Positions 28,104 through 37,549 of a stretch of DNA of 64,000 bases are shown here, one piece after another. The first letter of the stretch is position 1, and the number at the start of each line of letters is the position of its first letter. Origin of the DNA: Kiritimatiellia bacterium (GTDB taxonomy: Bacteria > Verrucomicrobiota > Kiritimatiellia > CAIKKV01). Below the pieces are notes generated by a model, which saw only the letters and a list, made by a program, of their open reading frames with translations, searched no databases and was not told the DNA's origin. Location: the NCBI GenBank assembly GCA_046484345.1, contig JAWOJA010000067.1, positions 22,905-86,904 of the forward strand. The letters are read 5' to 3'. The position numbers and the translations under genes were made by a program.

Positions 28104-29261
28104 ATGAACGACATTGCCACATCCGGCCGCCGCCAGGCCAATATCATGATTGTGGACGACATGCCGGCCAATCTCCAGTTGCTGGTTCATTTTTTGCGCA
28201 GTGAAGGCTACAAGGTGCGGCCCGTCACCAGCGGCGCGGCCGCTCTCGAGCTGGCCCGCCACATCACGCCCGATCTGGTCCTGATGGATGTAAGCATGCC
28301 CGAACTGGACGGCTATGAAACCTGCCGCCGGATGAAGCAAATACCGTCGCTCAAGGACATGCCGCTCGTCTTTCTCAGCGCGATGGGGGATTTGCTCGAC
28401 AAGGTCCGGGCCTTCGAGGTCGGCGGCGTCGATTACATCACCAAGCCATTTCACATGGAAGAAGTGCGGATCCGCATCGAAACGCATCTGCGGCTGGCCC
28501 AGTTGCGCGGCGAGATGGCGGAGAAATGCCGCCAGCTGGAACTCTCCGAGAAAATGCGCGGCCAGCTGGTTCATCTGCTGATCCATGACATGCGCACTCC
28601 GCTTTCCAATATCGCCTCCTCGCTGGAGCTGGCAAGCCTGTCCAAGGCCCTGACGGCCGACGATAAGGCGGGGCGCTACCTGGGAGACGCGAAGGATTCC
28701 ATCGGGGTCCTGCAACAGATGATCGCCGACATCCTCGATGTCTATAAAATGGAAAGCGGCGGGAAATTGGTGCAACTCACCCCGGTTTCGATCAACGGGA
28801 TTATCCGGGATGCCGTTCGCATCATGGGCGGCCTGATGAAACACCACCGTTTCACCTATTCCCTGCCGCCGCCGCAGTGGGAGGCGCTTTGCGACCCGGC
28901 GCTGACCACCCGGGTGCTGATCAATTTCCTCAGCAACTCCGTCAAGCATTCGCCCAACGGGACCACCATCGCCCTTCTGGTGGAGGACGAGGACGAGCAC
29001 ATCCGTTTTTCGGTCGTCGACCAGAGCGCCGGCGTGCCGCCGGAAGTCGCCGACCAGCTGTTTGACAAGTTCGGTCGCGTTGGCGGCGAGGGGGCGGGGA
29101 AGAATTCCATGGGCCTGGGGCTGGTCTTCAGCCGCATGGTGGTGGAGGCCGAAGGCGGGGAAATCGGGTTTCGCGTCAAAACGGGCGGTGGAAGCATTTT
29201 CTGGTTCACGCTGTTGAAACCGTCGGACGGAAAAGGAAAAGAAACAGCGTCGGGCCCATGA
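28104..29261 (+). CDS. hybrid response regulator-histidine kinase
   Basis: REC domain (IMIVDD, DLVLMDVSMP, DYITKPF), H-box IHDMRTPL, GLGLVFS. Confidence 0.92.
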   Translation: MNDIATSGRRQANIMIVDDMPANLQLLVHFLRSEGYKVRPVTSGAAALELARHITPDLVLMDVSMPELDGYETCRRMKQIPSLKDMPLVFLSAMGDLLDKVRAFEVGGVDYITKPFHMEEVRIRIETHLRLAQLRGEMAEKCRQLELSEKMRGQLVHLLIHDMRTPLSNIASSLELASLSKALTADDKAGRYLGDAKDSIGVLQQMIADILDVYKMESGGKLVQLTPVSINGIIRDAVRIMGGLMKHHRFTYSLPPPQWEALCDPALTTRVLINFLSNSVKHSPNGTTIALLVEDEDEHIRFSVVDQSAGVPPEVADQLFDKFGRVGGEGAGKNSMGLGLVFSRMVVEAEGGEIGFRVKTGGGSIFWFTLLKPSDGKGKETASGP

Positions 29262-31639
29262 AGATAGGGTTTTCACTTTTAGTGGTTTTTGGCTGCGCCA
29301 TTTTCCAGGCTACGGCGAAAGAGTTATCCGGTCCGGCGGTCTCGGCGGTTTCGCTGGAGGAGCGGGCCGCGCTCACCCCGGAGGAAACCGGGTGGGTGGA
29401 CCGTCATCCTGTGATCCGGTTCGGATTCAACACCGACTGCCCCCCTTTTTCCTTTGTGTCCCACAGGGGGGAATCGGCCGGCATGGTGGCGGATTACGAA
29501 TTCCACATCTCCCGGTTTATTGGGTTCCCCTTTGCCCTGCAAACGCATTCCACGGCGGAGCTCGAGGACATGGCCCGGATGGGGCGGCTGGACGTCCTCG
29601 CGAACGTGGAGGAATCGGCCCCGCTTCAATCGGGTTTTATCCGCACCCACCCCTACGTGTTCTCGCCCATGGTGGTGGTCATGCGCGAGGGGGCCCCCTA
29701 CGTGGAAAACCTCTCCTCCCTGAAGGATAAGCGGTTTGTCGAATTCAATCCCTACCCGTCGGCACTGATGCGGCTGCGACGGGACTACCCCTGGTTGCAA
29801 CCGGAAAGCGCCCAGAGTGTCGAGCGGGGCCTGGAGCTGGTGCGGGCCGGCAAGGCCGACGCGTTTATTGGCGTTATGGCCACGGTCATTCCGGCCCTTA
29901 ACCGCATTGACGGCAACTTGCGTGTGGTTCTTTCGACGCCTTACGAGATCCGCCTCGCCTTTGCGGTTCGGGAGGACTGGCCGGTCCTGGCGGGGATCAT
30001 CAACAAGGCTTTGGCCGCCATTCCCGGAGAGGAGCGCGATCGCATTCACAACGCCTGGGTGGTGGTGCCGCGGGACCGGTTCAATTGGCGCGCCCTGGTG
30101 TCGCTGGTGCTGGCCGGCCTCGGGCTCGCCGGTGTTGTCATCGTCATCATTGTCATTCGGAACCACATGCTGTCGCGCGAGATCGCCGTCGGGCTCAAAC
30201 ACGAGGCCGATATGCGCCAGGCCCGCGATGCGGCTTATGCGGCCAGCCAGGCCAAGAGCATGTTTCTGGCCAACATGTCCCACGAAATTCGGACGCCCCT
30301 GAATGCCATTCTCGGCTTTGCCCAGGTGCTGGCGCGGGATGCCGCCTTGTCTCCGGAAAGCCGGGAACAAGTGGAGACCATCGCCCGCAGCGGGGAGCAC
30401 CTGCTGGGGCTGATCAACGACATTCTCGAAATCTCCAAGATCGAGGCGGACCGCGTTTCGGTTGAGCCCGCGCCCTTCGATCTGTTTGAGCTGTTGCGGG
30501 ACATGGAGGCCATGTTCCGAGTCCGCACCCGTGCCAAGGGGGTGGAGCTGAAGCTCGGCCTGGATGCCGGTGTCCCCCGGCGCATTGTTTCGGACGTTGG
30601 CAAGCTGCGCCAAATCCTGATCAACCTGATCGGCAATGCGGTAAAATTCACCCGCAACGGGCGCGTGCTGATCCGGGTTTCCGTCTTTGCCGCCTCGGAC
30701 CGCGGCATCCTGTGGTGCGAGGTGGAGGATACCGGTCCCGGCATCAGCGCCCGGGACCGGGAAAAGATATTTGAGACCTTCATGCAGGGGGAGGGGCTGA
30801 TGGGCACAGGAAGCGGGACGGGCCTCGGCCTCTCCATCAGCCGCCGCTATGCCAAGCTGCTGGGCGGCGAAATCGCCCTGGTCTGGACCGAACCCGGGAA
30901 AGGGAGCATTTTCCGCTGTGAAATCCCCTACGATCTTCCCCCGGGGGCCGAGGCCGGCCCGGTGGAGCCCAATGCGGTTATCAGCCGCGCGGTCATGGCC
31001 GGGCAGCGCCCGCCCCGGATACTGGTGGTGGATGATGAATCGATCAACCGCCGCGTGATTGTCCGCGCTCTGGAGTCGCTCGGCTTCGAGATCAGCGAGG
31101 CGTCCAACGGCCAGGAGGCGCTGACGCAGTACGGGGCGATCTTGCCCGACCTCGTGCTCATGGACATCCGCATGCCCGTCATGGACGGCATCGAGGCCAC
31201 GAAAAAGATTCAGGAACAGTTCAAGGATCGCGCCTGCCCGGTGATCGCCCTGACCGCCAGCGCCTTCGAGAGCGACAAGGAACGCATCCTGGCCGCCGGC
31301 TTGACCGGCTACGTCCGCAAGCCGTTCAAGCTGGTGGAATTGCTCGACGTTTTCCGGACGCATTTGCCGGTCCAGTACGAATATGCCGCATCGGGGGCCG
31401 GGGCTGAAAAACGGCAGGACGAATACGCGCTTTCCGATGCCGCGAAATGGCCGGCTGAACTGCGGGCCGCCCTGTGCAAAGCGGCCCGCGGGGCGGATGT
31501 TGCCGAACTGGAGGAGCTCTTGGCGGGGCAGCGGCAGTCGCCGGCGGTTGACGCTTTGCGCCGCCTGCTCGCCGCCTACGATTATCCGGCCATCGGCGCG
31601 GCCCTTTCGGACCCGCCTGCCGGTTCGAAGACAAGCTAA
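29258..31639 (+). CDS. hybrid sensor kinase with periplasmic substrate-binding domain
   Basis: Signal peptide, BvgS-like LTPEETGW...PPFSF domain, TM helix, FLANMSHEIRTPLN, HATPase, REC (DLVLMDIRMP). Confidence 0.93.
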   Translation: MKIGFSLLVVFGCAIFQATAKELSGPAVSAVSLEERAALTPEETGWVDRHPVIRFGFNTDCPPFSFVSHRGESAGMVADYEFHISRFIGFPFALQTHSTAELEDMARMGRLDVLANVEESAPLQSGFIRTHPYVFSPMVVVMREGAPYVENLSSLKDKRFVEFNPYPSALMRLRRDYPWLQPESAQSVERGLELVRAGKADAFIGVMATVIPALNRIDGNLRVVLSTPYEIRLAFAVREDWPVLAGIINKALAAIPGEERDRIHNAWVVVPRDRFNWRALVSLVLAGLGLAGVVIVIIVIRNHMLSREIAVGLKHEADMRQARDAAYAASQAKSMFLANMSHEIRTPLNAILGFAQVLARDAALSPESREQVETIARSGEHLLGLINDILEISKIEADRVSVEPAPFDLFELLRDMEAMFRVRTRAKGVELKLGLDAGVPRRIVSDVGKLRQILINLIGNAVKFTRNGRVLIRVSVFAASDRGILWCEVEDTGPGISARDREKIFETFMQGEGLMGTGSGTGLGLSISRRYAKLLGGEIALVWTEPGKGSIFRCEIPYDLPPGAEAGPVEPNAVISRAVMAGQRPPRILVVDDESINRRVIVRALESLGFEISEASNGQEALTQYGAILPDLVLMDIRMPVMDGIEATKKIQEQFKDRACPVIALTASAFESDKERILAAGLTGYVRKPFKLVELLDVFRTHLPVQYEYAASGAGAEKRQDEYALSDAAKWPAELRAALCKAARGADVAELEELLAGQRQSPAVDALRRLLAAYDYPAIGAALSDPPAGSKTS

Positions 31640-31680
31640 GAGGTTCAAAATTCGGACTGACGGAGGGGGGGACAGAAGCG

Positions 31681-32013
31681 GTGAATGAGTCGCTGAAGGA
31701 AATGTGGGAGCTGTTCGAGTTGGAGGAGTTTCCGGAAGGAAGCCGGCTGCGGGAGGTCGAAGGCCTGCGGTTCGAGCAGGTGGATGCCCTTGCGGCGGCC
31801 TGCGTCTCCGCCTTCATCCGGCTCGGCGCTTTGGATGCGGAATGCTGCGCCGTGCTCGAGGAGAATCTCCGCCGGCTGAACGTCATGGCCGACCTCGCGG
31901 ACGAGGCCGATCAGCCCTACTTTATCCGTCTTCGCGATATCGCCCATGCCGTGCGGGACCGGGCCGCCGCGCTCAATCCGCCAGCTCCCGCTGCCGGCCC
32001 GGGCGAACGGTGA
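31681..32013 (+). CDS. small helical hypothetical protein
   Basis: 110-aa ORF with GGAGG RBS; 3' end overlaps the convergent gene by 41 bp. Confidence 0.6.
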   Translation: MNESLKEMWELFELEEFPEGSRLREVEGLRFEQVDALAAACVSAFIRLGALDAECCAVLEENLRRLNVMADLADEADQPYFIRLRDIAHAVRDRAAALNPPAPAAGPGER

Positions 32014-33136
32014 TGGCTTTTAGAGGGTGGGCGGGGCAGTCGTTCTCACAGGCGCCGCAACCCCGGCAACGATCGGCGATGACGACGGGACAGTTGACCC
32101 CTTTCCGCTCCACCGCTTCGATCGCGGAGTAGGGGCAAAACTCCTGGCAGACCATGCAATAGAGGCCGTCTTGCCAGGCCAGGCAACGGCTTTTCTCCAC
32201 CACGGCCGTGCCGAGGGCCAGCTTCCGTTTCTGCTCCAGGCTCAAATGGCGGATGGCGCCCGTCGGGCAGACCTCCGTGCAGGCCTTGCATTGCTCGAAA
32301 CAGTAGCCTTTTCCATAGCGCATGAGCGGCGCCAGGAGCCCGCCCAGGCCGGCCTCGCCCAGATCGGGGTGGAGGATGGCGTGCGGACAGGCTTTCACGC
32401 ACGCCCCGCAACGGGCGCATAACGCCTTGAAGGAGGCCTCCGGGGCCGCCCCCGGAGGGCGCAGAACGGGGTCGCTTTCCGATTTCCGGGCCAGCAACAG
32501 GGCGGCCGCGCCGCCGGCGGCCGCGCCCAGGAAGAGCCGGCGGGCCGGATCGGGCTCGCGGCGCGTCAGGCGGGCCAGGGCGTGCAGCTGGTCCTGAAGG
32601 CCGCCCAGGGGACACAGGCGCAGACACCAGAGATGCGGGCGCAGAAGGCTGATCGCCATCACCAGGAGGAACCCTGCCGCCAGCGGCGGCAGGCCGGCCT
32701 CCAGGGGGCGGCGCCACGCGCTGAAAAAGGCGTTGAACAGGGCCAGCGGGTCCAGCCCCAGCGCAAGAGGAAGGCCGGTGGCGGCGGCGCCGAGGATCAG
32801 CCAGGCCAGCCAGCCGCCCAGTTTCGGCCACGCGGCAAACCGGTTGACGGATCCGCGATTCAGCCGGCCGGCCGCTTCCGCGCAGAAGCCCGTGGGGCAG
32901 AGGTGGAAACAGAACCAGCGCCTGTGCCGGAAGGCGAGGAGCAAAACAGGAACACCAAGGGCGGCCGCCGGCCAGAAGGCGCGCCGGGCCAGCGCGCCGC
33001 CCAGGGCCAGCAGGGGGCTCAGGGAGGGAAAGAGGCTGGCGGCCGGACCCCAGGGAACGAGCTGGAGCGCCAGTACGAGGGCGAGCAGCGTCGCAACCGG
33101 GTGTAGGATCCGCCGGAGCGGAGGCCCCGCCCTCAC
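31973..33136 (-). CDS. membrane 4Fe-4S protein (NapH/NapG-like fusion)
   Basis: TM helices with CFHLCPTG and CLRLCPLG, LRPPGA, CARCGACVKACP, CMVCQEFCP, CRGCGACENDCP. Confidence 0.9.
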   Translation of the reverse strand: MRAGPPLRRILHPVATLLALVLALQLVPWGPAASLFPSLSPLLALGGALARRAFWPAAALGVPVLLLAFRHRRWFCFHLCPTGFCAEAAGRLNRGSVNRFAAWPKLGGWLAWLILGAAATGLPLALGLDPLALFNAFFSAWRRPLEAGLPPLAAGFLLVMAISLLRPHLWCLRLCPLGGLQDQLHALARLTRREPDPARRLFLGAAAGGAAALLLARKSESDPVLRPPGAAPEASFKALCARCGACVKACPHAILHPDLGEAGLGGLLAPLMRYGKGYCFEQCKACTEVCPTGAIRHLSLEQKRKLALGTAVVEKSRCLAWQDGLYCMVCQEFCPYSAIEAVERKGVNCPVVIADRCRGCGACENDCPAHPLKAITVRPGRQRELAD

Positions 33137-34032
33137 GCCGTTGCCTCCACGATTTTGATGGCGGTCAGGTCGCCGCAGCCGACGCCCATGTCGTGGGCCA
33201 TGCGGATAAACGGAATGTCGAACGGTTTCAGCCCGAAGAGGGTGGTGGCGACCGCATCGCAGGCCACGGGATCGAGGCCCACAATGATTTTATCCGGATA
33301 TTTCATTTCGCCCGGTCCGCGCGGCCCTTTCGTGGTCATGATGCGGGTGGCGTCGATGATGACCAGGGCGGGCTTCACCGCCGTGCTGAAGTCGGCGATG
33401 CACTGGTGCAGGTTTTTGCGGTGCCAAGAGCCGCGATTTTTGTCCGACCCCATCCAGTTTTTCATTGAGAGCGTGAGCGTGGCCGCGCCGTGGTTTTTGG
33501 CCACCGGCATGTTGACGAGGCAGTCGCAGTCGAGCACGTCCACGGGAACCAGGGCTTCCTGGATGGCGACCCCGCGGGGAATCGCGATCTTGCGGAATTC
33601 GGATTCCTTTTCGGGCTTGTAGAGCCGGGCCCGGGTGTCTTTCAGGGCCGCCTCGATGCCGCTCATGGCAAAGGCCTGGGCGGTGGGCGAACAGGTCAGT
33701 TCGGGAAGCGAGATGGACTTGGCCCCCGCGGCGAAAGCGCCGAGGCAGAAAGCCCGCACCAGTTCGGGGTGGGTGTTGGCGCCATCTTCCGGTTTGACGG
33801 CCCAGGCCGCATTGGGCTTGAGAGTCACTCTCGCATCTTTTTTTACGAAAGTGCCCCAGCCGCCGGCCAGCTCCATGCCTTTTTGGAGCATGGCGGAAAT
33901 GTTTTTACCCTGCACGACCCAGACGGTTGGCGCGGGGCCCGCCGCTGGGGCTGTTTCGGCAAACAAGCGGGGTGTGGTGAGGCTTCCGATGGCGGCGACG
34001 GTGGTGGTTTTCAGGAAATCGCGTCGATTCAT
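33133..34032 (-). CDS. DUF362-domain protein with Tat signal
   Basis: MNRRDFLK, LKPN, NTHP, PVAKNH, SMKNWMG, DPVACD. Confidence 0.9.
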   Translation of the reverse strand: MNRRDFLKTTTVAAIGSLTTPRLFAETAPAAGPAPTVWVVQGKNISAMLQKGMELAGGWGTFVKKDARVTLKPNAAWAVKPEDGANTHPELVRAFCLGAFAAGAKSISLPELTCSPTAQAFAMSGIEAALKDTRARLYKPEKESEFRKIAIPRGVAIQEALVPVDVLDCDCLVNMPVAKNHGAATLTLSMKNWMGSDKNRGSWHRKNLHQCIADFSTAVKPALVIIDATRIMTTKGPRGPGEMKYPDKIIVGLDPVACDAVATTLFGLKPFDIPFIRMAHDMGVGCGDLTAIKIVEATA

Positions 34033-34062
34033 GATAAACTTCCTTTTTTATAAGGAGGTAGT

Positions 34063-35994
34063 TTACACGAAAAAGGCGCGCGTGAAAAGCTTTGGATTGG
34101 CCTGCAGGCTCCTGTGTTGCCCGTAGGTCGGATGACCGATTTCAACGCCTTCCGCATTGGCCACGACCAGCATCCAGTCAAGTCCGATTTCCGAAGGCGG
34201 CAGGGAGTTTGCGGCCAGAAAGGGTTTGAACGGTATCGAAAGCGACACCTCGCACCCTTCGGCTGTGTGAGTAACTTTAATGTTCAGGGCGAGTGGGCGG
34301 CCCGATTTGGTCCGGGCCTCTCCCGGCTCGTTGAGCCCGATATAGATCTGCTCAACGCCCTCTTCGTAAGAATTACGGGCCCCCCGGGAATGGGGGCGAA
34401 GGTCGACGAAGAGCTCGAGCCGGGCGCCCGGCAGTTCGCCCGGCTTGGCCAGCCCTTCGAGCTTTGAGCGCAGGGCCAGACGGGCGTGAATGGCTTCGGC
34501 ATCGCGCCGCAGAAAGACCCGGTACCCGACTGCGGCGGCGGCTTCGGGTTCGCGGAAGGTGCGCGGATCGATCACGGCCTCGTGCCGGCGCCAGCCGCCG
34601 GCCGGGATGAGGAAGAAGGGCAGGGCCACGGGCGTGAATCGTTCTTCGCCGCCGCCTTCGGTCCGAAGCGAGCCGCGCAAAAAGCCCACGCCATCTGGCA
34701 CCGTCAGCGAAACGGTTTGACGGAAGGATTTGTCGGTGGCCAGTTCGCCGGTTTTTATTGCTTCAGGCTGGACGGTTACGCCCTCTTCCAAGGAGACAGT
34801 GGTGGTGAAGGGGGCGGCCGGCCGGGTTAGATTGCGGACCACGACGAGGCCCTTCAAGCCGCTGGCCAGGGAGAGCGTGGCGCCGAATTCCTTGTAGGTG
34901 TCGTCCAGTTCCTCCATGACCCGGCGCAACAGGCGGGGAATGGAAAGTTTTTGCGGGCAACGGCTCAAACAGGACCCGCATTCGGTACAGGCCGCGCCCG
35001 TCCGGTTCAGGGAGGCGTAGGCCCTTTTGGCCGTCGCCGTCAGGCCATAGAGCTTGAATTCGTTGTAGATGCGGAAGTTTTCCGGGATGTCCACCCCGGC
35101 GGGGCAAGGCAGGCAGTAGCCGCAGGCCGGGCAGTTGATGCTTGAAATGGCGCGAACCCGGGCCAGCTCCTCTTCCAGGGCTTTGATCTGGGCGGGGGTG
35201 AAGGGATCCTTCTCCGAAACGATACGGCAGTTTTCCTCGACCTGCGAAAGGGTGGTCATGCCCGAGATGGCGAGGCTCACCCCCGGATGGGCCAGCACGA
35301 AGCGAAGCGCCGCTTCGGGCGTGGATGGGGCTTCCCCCTTGAGCAACGCGCGGATGCGTTCGCTGTCCACGCCCAGGCGGCCGCCGCCCACGGGGCCCAT
35401 GACGACGACCCCGACGCCCAGCTCGCGGCAGCGATCGAGGGCTCCTTCGAGGTCGCGGTACAACAGGTTGTACTGCACGGTGATGGAGTCGAATTCCCCG
35501 GTTTCCGCCAATTTAATCAGCGCCGGGGCGGAATCATGAAACGAGCAACAGATGTGGCGGACTCGCCCGTCCGCCTTGGCCCGCTTCATCAGGCGCAACT
35601 TGCCGGGCTCGCGGATCTGCTTTTCAAAGACGTCCCACGTCAGCCCGTGGAAGTTGTAGATGTCGAGGTGGTCCGTCTGCAGGAGCTTGAGCGACTCGGA
35701 AAGGCGGGCCAGCCAATCCTCGTCGGAGGCGGCGTGGGAGGGGTTTTTGGTGGAAATGACGACCTTTTCGCGCAAGCCGTTTGCAAAGGCCTCGCCCAGA
35801 ACGCGCTGGCTGTCGCCCTGGCAGTAGCCCACGGCGGTGTCGAAGTAGGTCACGCCCAAGTCGACCGCCCGGTGCAGCATGGGAATGGCCAGCTCGCGGA
35901 CGATTTTGCCATCGGTTCCCATGGGAAGCCGCATGCATCCGAAGCCCAGGCGCGAGACCTGAGGGCCGCGGATGCCCAGTTGCGTGTAACGCAT
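34063..35994 (-). CDS. aldo/keto reductase with Fe-S domain and long C-terminal extension
   Basis: LGFGCMRLP, YFDTAVGY, CPACGYCLPCP, CTECGSCLSRCPQ, then about 270 further beta-rich residues. Confidence 0.9.
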   Translation of the reverse strand: MRYTQLGIRGPQVSRLGFGCMRLPMGTDGKIVRELAIPMLHRAVDLGVTYFDTAVGYCQGDSQRVLGEAFANGLREKVVISTKNPSHAASDEDWLARLSESLKLLQTDHLDIYNFHGLTWDVFEKQIREPGKLRLMKRAKADGRVRHICCSFHDSAPALIKLAETGEFDSITVQYNLLYRDLEGALDRCRELGVGVVVMGPVGGGRLGVDSERIRALLKGEAPSTPEAALRFVLAHPGVSLAISGMTTLSQVEENCRIVSEKDPFTPAQIKALEEELARVRAISSINCPACGYCLPCPAGVDIPENFRIYNEFKLYGLTATAKRAYASLNRTGAACTECGSCLSRCPQKLSIPRLLRRVMEELDDTYKEFGATLSLASGLKGLVVVRNLTRPAAPFTTTVSLEEGVTVQPEAIKTGELATDKSFRQTVSLTVPDGVGFLRGSLRTEGGGEERFTPVALPFFLIPAGGWRRHEAVIDPRTFREPEAAAAVGYRVFLRRDAEAIHARLALRSKLEGLAKPGELPGARLELFVDLRPHSRGARNSYEEGVEQIYIGLNEPGEARTKSGRPLALNIKVTHTAEGCEVSLSIPFKPFLAANSLPPSEIGLDWMLVVANAEGVEIGHPTYGQHRSLQANPKLFTRAFFV

Positions 35995-35995
35995 A

Positions 35996-36148
35996 TCAAT
36001 ATCCCCGATTCCAGAGTGGTTCGATGTCGGCCGCGTTTGGCATGATCAGCACACAGGTCTTGCCGGCGTCCATGTGCGTCTTGATCCGGAGGACTTTTTC
36101 GTCGCGGAATGGAACCCACTGGGAAGGGGAATAACGGAATTCGGACAT
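35996..36148 (-). pseudogene. 50-codon mini-gene, probable internally deleted remnant
   Basis: GAGGAG RBS, MSEFRYSPSQWVPFRDEKVLRIKTHMDAGKTCVLIMPNAADIEPLWNRGY, stop 1 bp before the AKR start. Confidence 0.5.
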
Positions 36149-36333
36149 GGCGGGACTCCTCATTTGATAAAATCTTGCGCAGTTTTCCTCCGGAGCGCAT
36201 GGGGGCAGTATGGAGGGCGGGGGCCGCGGGTGTCAAGAAGGAGCAATACCCCGGTGCGGGTGGGTGGCGGGATGTAAAATCTGGACAAACCCATGCGGCC
36301 GGGTATTCTTGTTGAAATCATAAGGGGTGCTGG

Positions 36334-37434
36334 ATGACATCACGGGAACGGGTGCTAAAGACGTTGTGTTTCGAAGAGCCGGACCGCGTTCCGGTCGATC
36401 TGGGGGGGGTGAAAGCCTCGGGCATTTCCGTGGAAGCCTATGTCCGGGTGTGCCGCAAGCTGGGCATCACCGACGTCCCCAAGCTTTGTGACGCCCGACT
36501 CATGACCGCCTGGGTGGAGGAGCCCATTCTCAAGGCGTTTCATGCGGATGTGGCGCCCCTGGACCTATCGATGGTGGAAGCGCAGCTGGCGCCGGTCGCC
36601 AACTGGGTTCCGCGCACCCTGTTCTCCGGCGAGTCGGTCCTCTTCCCGCCCGGCCCGACGATTGGGGAAGAAGCCGGCGGCGGCTGGAACCTGCCGGATG
36701 CCGGCGGCGCGGAGGACATCCCCGATGCCACGCTCGATGCGATGGCCCGCCATTCGAAGGAGATGTTCGAGGGCACGGAATACGCCTTACTGGGCTGGGG
36801 CCGGTCCAACGTGACCTTGGGCCGGCCGAGCGACTGGAGGGTGATGCTCATGACGGAGCCCGAGCTGTGCCACGAGAGGATGGGCCGATCGGTGGACGCG
36901 AGCATCCGGTGCCTGAACCTGCTGCACCAGGCGGTGGGCGATCGCGCGTTCGCCTGGGGAATTGCGGCGGACGACGGCGGCGCGCAGCGCGGGGAGTTCA
37001 TCAAGCCCGAGCTATGGGCGGAGCTGATCAAGCCTCATTACGCGCGGCTGTGCGGTTGGATCCACGCGAACACGCCATGGAAAACCTTTCTGCATTCATG
37101 CGGCTCGGTTTACCACCTGATCCCACATTTTATCGAGGCCGGTGTGGATATACTGAATCCGATTCAGGCCTCGGCCGCGAACATGGATCCGGCCCGACTG
37201 AAGGCGGAGTTCGGGCGGAAGCTTGTGCTCTGGGGCGGCGGGTGCGACACCCAGCGGGTGCTGCGGTCGGCCTCGCCGGAGGGCGTGCGCGCGCGGGTGG
37301 CCGAGCGGATGGCGATCCTCAAGCCCGGTGGCGGATATGTGTTCAATCAGGAACACAACATCCACCGGGATGTGCCGCCCGAAAACATTCTGGCCCTGTT
37401 CGACGCCGCCCGCGAGTTCGGCGCGTACCGCTGA
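36334..37434 (+). CDS. uroporphyrinogen decarboxylase / MtaA-CmuA methyltransferase family protein
   Basis: MTSRERV...PDRVPVDLGG, FLHSCGS, DILNPIQ, WGGGCDTQ, GGGYVFNQEHNI...VPPENI. Confidence 0.88.
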   Translation: MTSRERVLKTLCFEEPDRVPVDLGGVKASGISVEAYVRVCRKLGITDVPKLCDARLMTAWVEEPILKAFHADVAPLDLSMVEAQLAPVANWVPRTLFSGESVLFPPGPTIGEEAGGGWNLPDAGGAEDIPDATLDAMARHSKEMFEGTEYALLGWGRSNVTLGRPSDWRVMLMTEPELCHERMGRSVDASIRCLNLLHQAVGDRAFAWGIAADDGGAQRGEFIKPELWAELIKPHYARLCGWIHANTPWKTFLHSCGSVYHLIPHFIEAGVDILNPIQASAANMDPARLKAEFGRKLVLWGGGCDTQRVLRSASPEGVRARVAERMAILKPGGGYVFNQEHNIHRDVPPENILALFDAAREFGAYR

Positions 37435-37549
37435 ACGGGGTCAGGCTCCGCCGCGCGACTCATCCAAAGCGAAGAACGACCTGAGGGTTTCCCCGATATC
37501 CCTTTTGGCCTCATCCGGGCATGATTTCTCAATAGCTGAGGAGTCACGG

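Noticed and set aside
37223-37549. N-terminal extension of the multi-PAS kinase in the ORF track
   Set aside because: It overlaps the upstream gene; the RBS and REC domain support ATG 37550
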